The position numbers and the translations under genes are program-made. 30,008 bases of DNA, from positions 1 through 30,008 of IMG/VR virus record IMGVR_UViG_3300030372_005657. One strand, 5' to 3'. A model generated the notes under the pieces. That model saw only the letters and a program-made list of their open reading frames with translations, ran no database searches and was not told where the DNA came from. Numbering within the stretch: the first letter of the stretch is position 1; each line of letters opens with the position of its first letter. This stretch comes from a virus (lineage: Duplodnaviria; Caudoviricetes). Below, in pieces: positions 21,315 to 30,008 of this stretch.

Positions 21315-22838
21315 TTAGGTGAAATAATAAACCATAACAGCATCGCCATTCACAAGGTTTGCACCAAATGTTATGCGTCCAACTGATCCAGATCCATTGT
21401 TGGCAACGGAAAAATCGGAGTTGTTGGCTGGCGAATCGCCAGTAGCGGTATTGTTAATCATTGACAAACCGTTCACAAATACCTGAACGCCGGAAAAGAA
21501 TGAATTACTCACAGCTCGGGCAAGATCCAAAGTACTGGTACTGGAGCCAGATACTTGGTAACCCTGTTGATAAAATCGAGCACCGATTTTTGGTGCCGTT
21601 ACAGCATCGTCAGCGATTTTTGCCGTTTCAACAGAAGAGGCTGCCAACATAGCGGCGACTACTCCGGCACTTTTTACATTGAGTCCAGATCCGCCAATCT
21701 CAATCGATGAATCATCAACATTAACGGCCAGAGCGGAGCCTGCACCACCAGTCAAACCAGAACCAGCAACCGAGTTGGATAATTTGTTCTCATCGACACT
21801 GTTTGCAGCTAGTTTTCCGAGGCTCACGGCACCTGTGGAGATTTTTGCCTCAGTAATTGCGTTTGATGCAATTTTTCCAGCAATAATAACAGAATCAGCT
21901 AGCATAGCACTATCATCGATGGCACCATCAGCAATTGACGCTGCCAAAACAGAGTTTGCGCCCATTTCTGAACTGGTGATTGTACCCACCTTTAAACCGG
22001 ATGCACTCAAGGCAAGAGTGGAACCATCGAGCTTTGCACGTACAGCACCGCCATTGAGTTCAAGGCCATTGCTGACATTGAGTTCTAATTCGCCAGAAGT
22101 GATTTGCATACCGGAGTTTGCGCTCAAATCGACCGAAATAGTGTTGGCACTTTTTTGTAGACCGTCACCAGCAACGATTTGCCCGAGGCCAGTAAACTGA
22201 GTGAATGTTACGGTATCAGAGCCTAGATTGGCGATATCTGCGGTCTGGATAAAACCCATGTCCGCATTGGTCGAACCTTTCTGTACAAATACAGCCGCAC
22301 CATTGAGCTCTGCAGCACTATCCGCATCAGTGGCACGTGCCATTGCAGATCCGGCACTTGCAAATACATAGATTCCGTTGGCACTGGCACTGGTTTGGCT
22401 TTTAATCAAAACACGGTCATCAGCAGAAAGTGTAACGCCATCGATGGCTGCGGGAGCACTGGATATATCGACATTTGCAGTAGAAGCACAAATGACACTC
22501 TCTTTCCAATGGATGCCGCTTTGAATGGAATCAACATAGGCTTTGTTTGCTACGTCTGTTGATACGCTCGGTGTTCCACTTCTCAAAGTACCACTAGAAA
22601 AATCAAATGAACCAGTCAAGTTGATTTTTGCAGAGGTCACAACTGAATTTGCGAGATATGCGGTGCTGTCAATCGCCCCATCGGCGATTTTTGCAGATAC
22701 GACTGCATCAGAAGCTAGGGCTGCTGCGTTTACAACACCCGTAGCAAATAGGTTTGAGTTATCGATAGAACCAGTCGCAAGCTGCGTACCGGTGATTGTG
22801 GCGCTCTTAATTTGACCGCCTCTGATTTGTATTGCCAT
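21315..22838 (-). CDS. Fibre-like virion protein with ~10-aa repeats
   Basis: Repeats of the 'IADGAVTxAK' type, 'VANKAYVD', domain 'WKESV..AST....IDGVTL..DRVLIKSQ...NGIYV', 'GDGL' repeats. Confidence 0.8.
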   Translation of the reverse strand: MAIQIRGGQIKSATITGTQLATGSIDNSNLFATGVVNAAALASDAVVSAKIADGAIDSTAYLANSVVTSAKINLTGSFDFSSGTLRSGTPSVSTDVANKAYVDSIQSGIHWKESVICASTANVDISSAPAAIDGVTLSADDRVLIKSQTSASANGIYVFASAGSAMARATDADSAAELNGAAVFVQKGSTNADMGFIQTADIANLGSDTVTFTQFTGLGQIVAGDGLQKSANTISVDLSANSGMQITSGELELNVSNGLELNGGAVRAKLDGSTLALSASGLKVGTITSSEMGANSVLAASIADGAIDDSAMLADSVIIAGKIASNAITEAKISTGAVSLGKLAANSVDENKLSNSVAGSGLTGGAGSALAVNVDDSSIEIGGSGLNVKSAGVVAAMLAASSVETAKIADDAVTAPKIGARFYQQGYQVSGSSTSTLDLARAVSNSFFSGVQVFVNGLSMINNTATGDSPANNSDFSVANNGSGSVGRITFGANLVNGDAVMVYYFT

Positions 22839-22854
22839 GTTGGATCTCCAATGG

Positions 22855-23133
22855 TCATGTAGTGACTGTGTATTCTATTTCGAGTATGTCACCGATCAGT
22901 GGAGCACTCGAAATAGTAAACGTGTTCGATCCTATTTGCCCTATTGTATTTTGTCGTTGTTTCAATCCATTAATGTACACCACAAGACTGTTTGCATCAT
23001 AGTTTTGTGTACTCTGGAATTGGGTTCTCTCTCCGTTTACACTACTGGTCAAGTCTTCCATGACATTGTCTATGCTGGTTCCTGGATCGGAACCAGTACC
23101 ACCAAAGCGATTAAAAGCGTTTGCAATTGCCAT
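22855..23133 (-). CDS. Small virion beta-domain protein
   Basis: 'LVVYINGLKQ...FTISSAPLIGDILEIEY', similar to the C-terminal domain of the fibre protein. Confidence 0.65.
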   Translation of the reverse strand: MAIANAFNRFGGTGSDPGTSIDNVMEDLTSSVNGERTQFQSTQNYDANSLVVYINGLKQRQNTIGQIGSNTFTISSAPLIGDILEIEYTVTT

Positions 23134-23138
23134 TTATT

Positions 23139-23537
23139 TTAATACCTAAATGTTAAATCCGCAGAGTCGATATCTACTGTACCAGCATTTGTTTTGACAT
23201 GCAAATACAAAATTTTATCAGTCAAGTCTCTGATTACAACATCTAACCTAATCAACCCTTTTGCCGTACTGGTCGTTGTTAATCCAGCTTGCAAGTCGGT
23301 TTGTGTCTCAGTCAAGACATAATCATCGCCTTGTATATCCCTGGATAAACAACATGTAATCTTAGTGGCTCCACTTACATTTGTGCACTTCACTTCTAAC
23401 ATTGATGCCAATATGTTGATTTTCTCTGTAGCAAAAAGGTCAAGTTCCAAGAACACCTTTTTGGTCAAGTCGAAACCAGTACCCACGTCTGCAACTGAGT
23501 TTGTGCTCTGCATTGCATCTAGGTTCAAATTCGACAT
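23139..23537 (-). CDS. Hypothetical, probably structural beta-rich protein
   Basis: 132 aa, co-oriented, adjacent to fibre genes. Confidence 0.6.
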   Translation of the reverse strand: MSNLNLDAMQSTNSVADVGTGFDLTKKVFLELDLFATEKINILASMLEVKCTNVSGATKITCCLSRDIQGDDYVLTETQTDLQAGLTTTSTAKGLIRLDVVIRDLTDKILYLHVKTNAGTVDIDSADLTFRY

Positions 23538-24154
23538 AAAACACTCAAAAGTAAAATCAAAACAGCATTAAATGGGTTTACCATTCCTCGCATACTGGAG
23601 TATAACATAAGCATTTTAATCCGTAATGCAGTTTTTATGCTTACGGGGTACACTATTCGAAATAAGGCCAAACACATAACCGCATCGGCTTCCGCTCTAT
23701 GAGGTTGTTTTGGCCAACCAAACAACTGCCCGAGTGAATCTAAAGAGTAACTTTTTACGCCATACGGTCCGAAAGCAGCGAGGCTTAATGCGATTGTGTC
23801 AATGCCTCTTCTCATTATGCGCAAATCATTCCTATTTATCGATTTAAACAAAGCCAGGATAAAACCACGGTCAAAAGGCCAATTATGTGCGACAGGCACA
23901 CAATTTTTCATAAAATCCGCTATCATTGGCCCCGCCTCTTCTGGGTCAAGTGCATCCTTCCAACGGTGAGAACTATAACCATTTATTTTTAACGCTTCAT
24001 TGTCCGCTCTTTCCAAATGCTTCGGTTTGATTTTTATGACAAGTCGCTCGATCTCACGTAGAGAAGAGTCAAGCTTTATGCCCGCAAAGCTGACTATTTC
24101 ATGGTGGTAGCTTCTTAATCCTGTTGTCTCCGTATCTAATATTACATATTCCAT
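23525..24154 (-). CDS. DEDDh 3'-5' exonuclease (DnaQ-like)
   Basis: ExoI 'LDTETTG', ExoII 'AHNWPFD', ExoIII 'HRAEAD'; start ATG 24154 after AAGGAG. Confidence 0.9.
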   Translation of the reverse strand: MEYVILDTETTGLRSYHHEIVSFAGIKLDSSLREIERLVIKIKPKHLERADNEALKINGYSSHRWKDALDPEEAGPMIADFMKNCVPVAHNWPFDRGFILALFKSINRNDLRIMRRGIDTIALSLAAFGPYGVKSYSLDSLGQLFGWPKQPHRAEADAVMCLALFRIVYPVSIKTALRIKMLMLYSSMRGMVNPFNAVLILLLSVLCRI

Positions 24155-24173
24155 TTTGCTCCTTGTAGATTCT

Positions 24174-24207
24174 AAAAAACCCATAAACATTATAATGCTT
24201 ATGGGTT
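24174..24207 (-). terminator. 30-bp near-perfect palindrome with U-tract (terminator after the lysis genes)
   Basis: aacccataaacatta|taatgcttatgggtt with one mismatch (G-U pair on the minus strand), followed by T run. Confidence 0.65.
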
Positions 24208-24254
24208 AATCCAGTCATCCCACGGCCAGTATATCTGACCGCAAAAATATTGTA

Positions 24255-24611
24255 TCACTTTTTCTTAAGGTTGCGTACCTGCTCTTTAATTTTTAACTCG
24301 TTGATCTCATCTTTTAATTTATCCATCAACGCAAATAATCTCTTCATTCCCTTCTCAAGCGATGTCAAACGCTCTTCTATGCCACCTTTTTTCTCTTCTT
24401 TTAAATCATCTATAACAGCCATATAACGTCCTCTTATGTCCTCTATCGCCTTTTCTCTTTTACGTTCATATTCATCTCGGTCATTTTTCATTTCTACTCG
24501 GTAGGCCTCTATCATCCGCCCTTGCTGCCACCAATTATAAATTACGAACGCTAAAAACGGACTGTTTGTGGCCAAATTGAGCCAAACATCATGCAATGTT
24601 GTTGGGTCCAT
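24255..24611 (-). CDS. Putative holin (single N-terminal TM plus coiled coil)
   Basis: 'VWLNLATNSPFLAFVIYNWW' followed by a charged coiled coil; adjacent to the lysin. Confidence 0.55.
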   Translation of the reverse strand: MDPTTLHDVWLNLATNSPFLAFVIYNWWQQGRMIEAYRVEMKNDRDEYERKREKAIEDIRGRYMAVIDDLKEEKKGGIEERLTSLEKGMKRLFALMDKLKDEINELKIKEQVRNLKKK

Positions 24612-24612
24612 T

Positions 24613-25218
24613 CTATGCCTCTAGTAAAGTCAAAGAGAAATTATGATAGCCCAGTTGGTCTCTTTGACGTTTTGCAAGAGCAATTAATCGATCAAAGTCA
24701 TCTTTAACTTGTATCACAATACAACCAGCTGAGTAGCGCCCTACCTCTTCTGTATATTTCATCGATGCACGGTGTATATTAATACCAAACCAGCCTCGCA
24801 TTATGCTGTCCGCATCCATGTCGATTATTTCATCCCTATTCGAATCTCGGTACACTTGCACTGCACCGTTGCGTTGACACAAAGCTAAATAACCATTTTC
24901 TCCGCCATGTTTATCGAGCTTCCAAACATTCCTGTATTGATTCGGTACCAATATAGCGGTGCCTTCTACTCGTGATGGGTTGTTCAACCAGTATGTTCCT
25001 GGATCGGTGGTGCATGGGTAGGACTCTTGAAAGTATCGGTCCCCTACTCTATAAACAACATGAAAAATATCATCAAATTCATTCGCTACCCTGGATGGCG
25101 ATCTGCATGCAATAAGATTCAAATCATAGTTTTTTTCTGTAAAAATTGCATATCCAAGGTCTTGGCATCTTCGCAATATTGGGGGCAATTCATGTATTCG
25201 ATACGTCCTAATTTCCAT
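24613..25218 (-). CDS. Putative endolysin of L,D-transpeptidase (YkuD)-like type
   Basis: 'TTDPG', 'VYRD.NRD', 'GINIH...SAGC' His/Cys catalytic motif; located after the tail genes beside a holin-like gene. Confidence 0.7.
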   Translation of the reverse strand: MEIRTYRIHELPPILRRCQDLGYAIFTEKNYDLNLIACRSPSRVANEFDDIFHVVYRVGDRYFQESYPCTTDPGTYWLNNPSRVEGTAILVPNQYRNVWKLDKHGGENGYLALCQRNGAVQVYRDSNRDEIIDMDADSIMRGWFGINIHRASMKYTEEVGRYSAGCIVIQVKDDFDRLIALAKRQRDQLGYHNFSLTLLEA

Positions 25219-25225
25219 TTTTGCC

Positions 25226-26770
25226 TCATGTTAATATGGGTGGAATTGCTACCACTATAACACAAAATCGGCCACTTATGTTGTACTCAGTTGATACTAC
25301 CATACCACGTCGCAAAGAATATGTTTTGTCCGCTTCAGTGCTTAGATCACATAAATAACGTGAGGTTATCTGCACAACATCTCCAGCAACCAACACGGCA
25401 AACGAAAGCCGCAATCGCAAAGTCAATCTACTCCAATGATGCATGTCCCAAATTTGCATCCGTTTTAAATCACCTTCAGCCATTTTTTGCTCGTCGCCAC
25501 TTGGGTCATATATTGTGCCCATATTTCGAGATATTTGCCCTTGCGAGGGTAATGTTCTGACTGGGTTTTGCGATACTGATGTTGAGTTACCATTGACATC
25601 ATATATCAGTTTTGTGCTTCCATATACAGCAGCCAGAGAAGGGTCTTGCATTATATGGCTCTCAATCTCGATTATATCTTTATCTCTTATGGTTGAAACA
25701 ACTGGTGGTGCTGTATCTACTTGGCCTGTTGGATCTGTACAACCACGCCAGGAAAAAGAATCTTGCCGAAATACGGGCCACTGCCCGACATTTGCAAATT
25801 GATTCAATACACTGCGCATGCCTTCAGATAATGGAGCATTGACAACATAGTCCCAAACATAAAAGTTTCCAGAAGATGGCTTTAGGTATGCGCTTGTGGC
25901 CTGAGCATCGGCTTGGTCATACATTGCAGCAGGTATTGGGGCACCCGTACTCCAATTCGCTGGCAAAACATCATGCGGCCCATTGTTGCCGCCTCCGGTA
26001 GACGTTACCAATTTAGCCAGAAAACTGTAAGGGGTTCCGTTGATTCTTATGGCATTGTAAACTTTATCATTAACAGCGAGATTGGATGCACTTGCCGTGG
26101 AAGGGTGCGAGGCTTGCCCTGTTGTTAGCGTCAATGTGTTGGCCACTGTGTCCGAACTACTCCAACGCATATAAAACGGATCGCCAGAAGATGGCACACA
26201 ATAAACAGTACCATTGAGATTGCTTTTTTCAAATGTTGATGCATCTGCAATCCTTAAGGTGGTTTGACTTGTTGACCATGTATGTGTGACGAGCTCGAAC
26301 TTTGCAGAGGTAAAAAACAGTTTATTATACTCCAAAGCTGTTGAGTACCTCGAATCTATCCTGCTTTGGTATGCACTCAGTATATCTTTAAATCTTGCCG
26401 CATACACACCACGCACACCAGATATCTGGTCAAGTTGGCCCAAAGCGATTGTTTGGTATGGTGCCAAACCAAGAAAAGAACATTCAACAATGGCCATTGT
26501 ACCTTTTACAAGCATATCTTTATATGGTCTAAAATCACCGATGAGTTCAACATCAAAGCCGCCAAAGGAGACAGCCCAACGTGAAGGAACTACCGATGTT
26601 CCTTGTACCCTCACACCGCCAGTTCCAATCCGCAAAGCTCCTTTATTGGAATATATTGTAACATCTTCGCCAACAGCATTTGCAGAAGGTTTCCAGAAGC
26701 GAATTCGATATAGTGGTGTTATTGTCGGGGCTGACAAGGCATCGATAAAAGACTGCGTCCAAGCCATCAA
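25226..26770 (-). CDS. Tail tip / baseplate hub protein
   Basis: 514 aa, second gene after tape measure; C-terminal 'LVAGDVVQIT....GMVVS' hub-like pattern. Confidence 0.65.
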   Translation of the reverse strand: MMAWTQSFIDALSAPTITPLYRIRFWKPSANAVGEDVTIYSNKGALRIGTGGVRVQGTSVVPSRWAVSFGGFDVELIGDFRPYKDMLVKGTMAIVECSFLGLAPYQTIALGQLDQISGVRGVYAARFKDILSAYQSRIDSRYSTALEYNKLFFTSAKFELVTHTWSTSQTTLRIADASTFEKSNLNGTVYCVPSSGDPFYMRWSSSDTVANTLTLTTGQASHPSTASASNLAVNDKVYNAIRINGTPYSFLAKLVTSTGGGNNGPHDVLPANWSTGAPIPAAMYDQADAQATSAYLKPSSGNFYVWDYVVNAPLSEGMRSVLNQFANVGQWPVFRQDSFSWRGCTDPTGQVDTAPPVVSTIRDKDIIEIESHIMQDPSLAAVYGSTKLIYDVNGNSTSVSQNPVRTLPSQGQISRNMGTIYDPSGDEQKMAEGDLKRMQIWDMHHWSRLTLRLRLSFAVLVAGDVVQITSRYLCDLSTEADKTYSLRRGMVVSTEYNISGRFCVIVVAIPPILT

Positions 26771-27645
26771 CCACCTCGCAAGGCATTAAATACACCCATG
26801 TTGATATTTGATAAAACATCTTCTACCCCGCCATTGCCCGCCACGGCTCCGGCACTTACTTGATCAAGACTCTGTTGGCCTGAACTACTCGGTAGCGCTC
26901 CTGATGTCGGGCTACTCGGTGTCAAGGCAAAGTTCGTGTGTTGATAGAACTCACCGTTGAAGAACGCAAACAAAGCTTGGTAATCTGGCACTAGGGTTAC
27001 ATTTAAAGACCAAAGTCTACCACCTTCATTTGTAATAATTGCCCTTCCTACATCGTTCTGGCTCCGTTTCAATATAGGCCAAAAACGGTACCACCTTGCA
27101 AAAGTCTGTCGGGTATTATAATCAAAATTAATCCTACTTTGGGTGGTAATGTTACCTCCGCTTGCACTCGTGAGTGATCTACTGGATACTTCTACAACTT
27201 CTCGCATATACGCTGGCGATCCGGTTTCGAGTACAACATAATCATTGGCACTCGGTATTGTTGATGTGCCTGTCAGTGCCTCGAATGGATTATTTTTCAG
27301 CAGCAAATTGAACGATCCAGCCGTTGGTGATGTTTGACAAGATGCAGCCCAAGCTTTACTGCTATCTGCCGTAAATGCGACCGAATAGCCCCTGTCTAAA
27401 TGATTCTGCAAAGCATCAAACTTATGTGCCAATTCCTCGCCCAATTGCATTCGGTCTCTCTGTATTGTAACCACCTCGCCACCACGTCCAACACTGCGAG
27501 AAATACCACCGCTATATGTGATGCCATCGATAACATCATGAAAGAAATTGCTGGAAAGTTCACCCAACGCTTCGCCCATGTCTATCTCAACCAAATGTCG
27601 CCCATCCGGTTCAGGGTAAAACCAAAATTTTGCGTTTCCCATCAC
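26767..27645 (-). CDS. Distal tail protein (Dit-like)
   Basis: First gene after tape measure, ATGA overlap, beta-rich. Confidence 0.55.
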   Translation of the reverse strand: MMGNAKFWFYPEPDGRHLVEIDMGEALGELSSNFFHDVIDGITYSGGISRSVGRGGEVVTIQRDRMQLGEELAHKFDALQNHLDRGYSVAFTADSSKAWAASCQTSPTAGSFNLLLKNNPFEALTGTSTIPSANDYVVLETGSPAYMREVVEVSSRSLTSASGGNITTQSRINFDYNTRQTFARWYRFWPILKRSQNDVGRAIITNEGGRLWSLNVTLVPDYQALFAFFNGEFYQHTNFALTPSSPTSGALPSSSGQQSLDQVSAGAVAGNGGVEDVLSNINMGVFNALRGG

Positions 27646-29969
27646 TGTCCCCCAAATAAAGGCGAGGTGCTTTGTCCGAACGATCCGAATCGGTCCTCTA
27701 TTTTTCTAACCAAAGAATCGATGGCTGAGCGTTCGGTTACAGCACTATTTATATTTATCGTTACCCCACCACTGCGAGACGTTTGCTGCTCCACATCTCT
27801 TTGTACGGTACTACTCATTTGCCCACTTCTCGGCACAACCATCTCACCTTGATGCAACATCGCCAATCCTTGGTTTTGCCCCGTAAATCTCAATCCACCT
27901 TGAGCAGATAAATACCTACCGCCCGACATAAAAGACTGTGTATCACCACCAAAGAACTGTGCAATGCCTTTTATGACATCAAGAACAGGTTTAAACAGGA
28001 AAGAGATAGCCAAACCTAGAGCATCAGAAATACCCTTTAAAAATCCCTTGCCAGAGAAAAATTCTCTGATGGAGTTTACCACTTGTCCGATTCCTTCTAT
28101 CAAGGCAGATGCGAATCGGGCGGGTAATGCTATGAGTTCTCTGATTATCAGAAAAGCAGCTTCAAACAAAATAGGTGGTAAAGTCTTAAATATCAACTCT
28201 GGCAATATCTGTAAACCATTTACAACCGCTCTAAAAAAATTCTCATATTCCTGTTGTATCTCTTCTGGGCTCTTTTCACCCAAAGCACCCAACGCATTAA
28301 CCACTTCGCCAACTGCCATGCCTACTGGCCCAAATGCAGCACCGATTAAATTAACCAATGAACCAGGGTCGGCAAGAGCTCCAATGCCACCAGCAATTTT
28401 TCCGCCAACAGTTCCAATTTGCGCCGCAGAAATTCCAGCCCGCTCTCTTTGCGCTCTAGCCCGTACTGCTTCTTGAGCCTGTTCTGTGTTGATACCTTCT
28501 TGTTTGCCTATAAGAATCAACTGCAAGAGCCGTTCTTGCTCTAATCTATTGATTTCTTCTAAGGCAGTAACTTGATCCGCCTGTGCTTCCCTTGTAATTT
28601 TACGAACGTCATTTATTGCTTTGAATGTGTTGTTGTACTCCTGTTCGTTGGCCTGGATCAATTTATTTTGAAACTTTATTGCTGCGTTGGCTAGACGTTG
28701 TGCATGCGTGTTTTTTTTCGTCGATGCCTCATCTTTTTTATTTGCAGTTTCCTTCTCCAATAGCGCTTGTGTCAACTCTTTCAACTGCTGTTCTGCAAAT
28801 TTATTTTGCTCTGTATTACTCACCGTGGCTTTTGTGGATGCATCGATAATGTTCCCTTCTGCCTCAAATGCCTGGAGCCCCGCTTCTAATGCGTCACTTA
28901 GATTATACTGCTGTACAGTATATTCTTTTATCTCTTCTATCGCTTTTTCAAATAAGCTTACACCAGTTATCTGCTGCTGCAAGGTATCGATTGTACGGAT
29001 CAAATTAAGCAATGGTCCACCTATCAGATCCAGGACTACACCAGACAAACCAATAAACGACCGTACCGTAAAGTTTACAATGTCTTTTGCAAGGGCCCTG
29101 ATGCCCTTTTGCCCAACTTGTAAGAACTTATTTAAGCCAGCCAAACTCTGCTGAGTAAACCTCAAACCTTGTATAAAAAAGTCCAAGGCTCCGGTGTTTT
29201 CCACTAAGGCTTGTTTTGCTCGGTCTGCAACAACTTCTATTAATGCCAATCGTTTTTGAAATTCTGCAGCCTGTTTACTCGCCTCTGGTCCCGCTTTTGT
29301 ACCGTAACGTTCGATTGAATCAGTAAACTCATCGAACTCGCCAGCAGCCAAAGCCTGTAGAAGATCACCAGCCGAGCGACCAAATATTGCCGTTGCGGTC
29401 TGCGCTTTTAAGGTTTGATCTTGGATGCCTTGAATCTTCCGTATAGAATCTGCAAAAACCTCGTTTCCCGATCTAAACGCACCAGTCGTTTTGTCTTTTA
29501 CAGAAATGCCAAGCTTTTCCATTATTCTGCTGGCTCTTGAACCTTCTTTTTGTACTTGAGTCAATACCCGTGGAAATTGAGATATAATCGTTTTGGCGCC
29601 ATCGGCACTTTGCCCCGATGCTACAAATGCAACCTTGAGGGCTTCGATGTTTTGTGCTGATATACTGGATCTTGCTGATAGGTCATTAAGGTCATTTATG
29701 TTGTCGACAACTGCACGTGATAGTTCAAAGGAGGCAACGGCAGCATCGATGAAAGCCCCCGCTACTTTTTGTATTGCATTAACAACAGTATCGGCCGCAG
29801 CTTTCATACCCAAAAATGCAGAACCTATTTGCGCCGCAAATTGAACACCACTTTTTTTGCCTTCATCAAATTTATCTTTACTCTTTTTGGTTTGCTGTTG
29901 GAGTTTCTTCAGCTCCTTTACAGCATCCAAGATATCCAGCATAATCTCGTATTTAACTTCATTGCTCAT
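27642..29969 (-). CDS. Tail tape measure protein
   Basis: Ala/Gln-rich helical 775 aa, 'AIFGRSAGDL', amphipathic repeats, C-terminal 'AMLHQGEMVVP...GVTININ'. Confidence 0.93.
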   Translation of the reverse strand: MSNEVKYEIMLDILDAVKELKKLQQQTKKSKDKFDEGKKSGVQFAAQIGSAFLGMKAAADTVVNAIQKVAGAFIDAAVASFELSRAVVDNINDLNDLSARSSISAQNIEALKVAFVASGQSADGAKTIISQFPRVLTQVQKEGSRASRIMEKLGISVKDKTTGAFRSGNEVFADSIRKIQGIQDQTLKAQTATAIFGRSAGDLLQALAAGEFDEFTDSIERYGTKAGPEASKQAAEFQKRLALIEVVADRAKQALVENTGALDFFIQGLRFTQQSLAGLNKFLQVGQKGIRALAKDIVNFTVRSFIGLSGVVLDLIGGPLLNLIRTIDTLQQQITGVSLFEKAIEEIKEYTVQQYNLSDALEAGLQAFEAEGNIIDASTKATVSNTEQNKFAEQQLKELTQALLEKETANKKDEASTKKNTHAQRLANAAIKFQNKLIQANEQEYNNTFKAINDVRKITREAQADQVTALEEINRLEQERLLQLILIGKQEGINTEQAQEAVRARAQRERAGISAAQIGTVGGKIAGGIGALADPGSLVNLIGAAFGPVGMAVGEVVNALGALGEKSPEEIQQEYENFFRAVVNGLQILPELIFKTLPPILFEAAFLIIRELIALPARFASALIEGIGQVVNSIREFFSGKGFLKGISDALGLAISFLFKPVLDVIKGIAQFFGGDTQSFMSGGRYLSAQGGLRFTGQNQGLAMLHQGEMVVPRSGQMSSTVQRDVEQQTSRSGGVTININSAVTERSAIDSLVRKIEDRFGSFGQSTSPLFGGQ

Positions 29970-30008
29970 ATCATATCCGCCAAATCAAGTAGTGATATAT
30001 TCGGGAAG
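29911..30008. repeat. Terminal direct repeat copy 2
   Basis: Identical to 3-100. Confidence 0.97.

Larger units (their letters stand above)
1..30008 (-). mobile_element. Complete tailed dsDNA bacteriophage genome (siphovirus-like, HK97-type head), ~29,908 bp circular assembly
   Basis: Terminal direct overlap; full set of terminase, portal, protease, capsid, neck, tail tube, chaperone, tape measure and lysis genes, all co-oriented. Confidence 0.95.

Noticed and set aside
288-29844. All plus-strand ORFs in the track (e.g. 4402-4809, 6806-7234, 21679-22200, 26286-26789, 27964-28476, 28687-29154)
   Set aside because: They are antisense shadows of well-supported minus-strand genes, Ser/Phe-rich, with no recognisable motifs
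1-30008. Alternative genetic code, DGR, intron/intein or tRNA genes
   Set aside because: Standard-code ORFs tile the genome; no reverse transcriptase, homing endonuclease, intein motif or cloverleaf was recognised by eye

Overview
This window is a complete, circularly assembled ~29.9 kb genome of a small tailed dsDNA phage (siphovirus-type Caudoviricetes). Bases 3-100 equal 29911-30008, and the tail chaperone gene runs across the junction into the tape-measure gene. Every credible gene is on the minus strand. Gene order in transcription direction: Cys-rich Fe-S-like protein, HTH replication initiator with internal iterons, RHH/SWIM small genes, ParB/Srx-domain protein plus GREB1/TAGT-like glycosyltransferase, TerS, HTH proteins, TerL, small-ORF cassettes with a Dam-like methylase, a 1064-aa portal-cargo-MuF fusion, HK97-type protease and capsid, neck and tail genes, tape measure, tail tip, YkuD-like lysin and holin, DEDDh exonuclease, fibre-like proteins. 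No integrase, polymerase, helicase, tRNA or CRISPR was seen. Most notable: (i) four sigma70 promoters share a 17-bp palindrome, CCAAGGTAnnACCTTG(G/A), which fills the -35/-10 spacer in three of them; (ii) a packaging-linked ParB plus glycosyltransferase module with no TET/JBP or hydroxymethylase partner; (iii) the portal polyprotein has an A10 run at its domain junction; (iv) a likely +1 tail-chaperone frameshift; (v) strong ATCGAT enrichment. All family assignments come from motif recognition by eye, not database searches.
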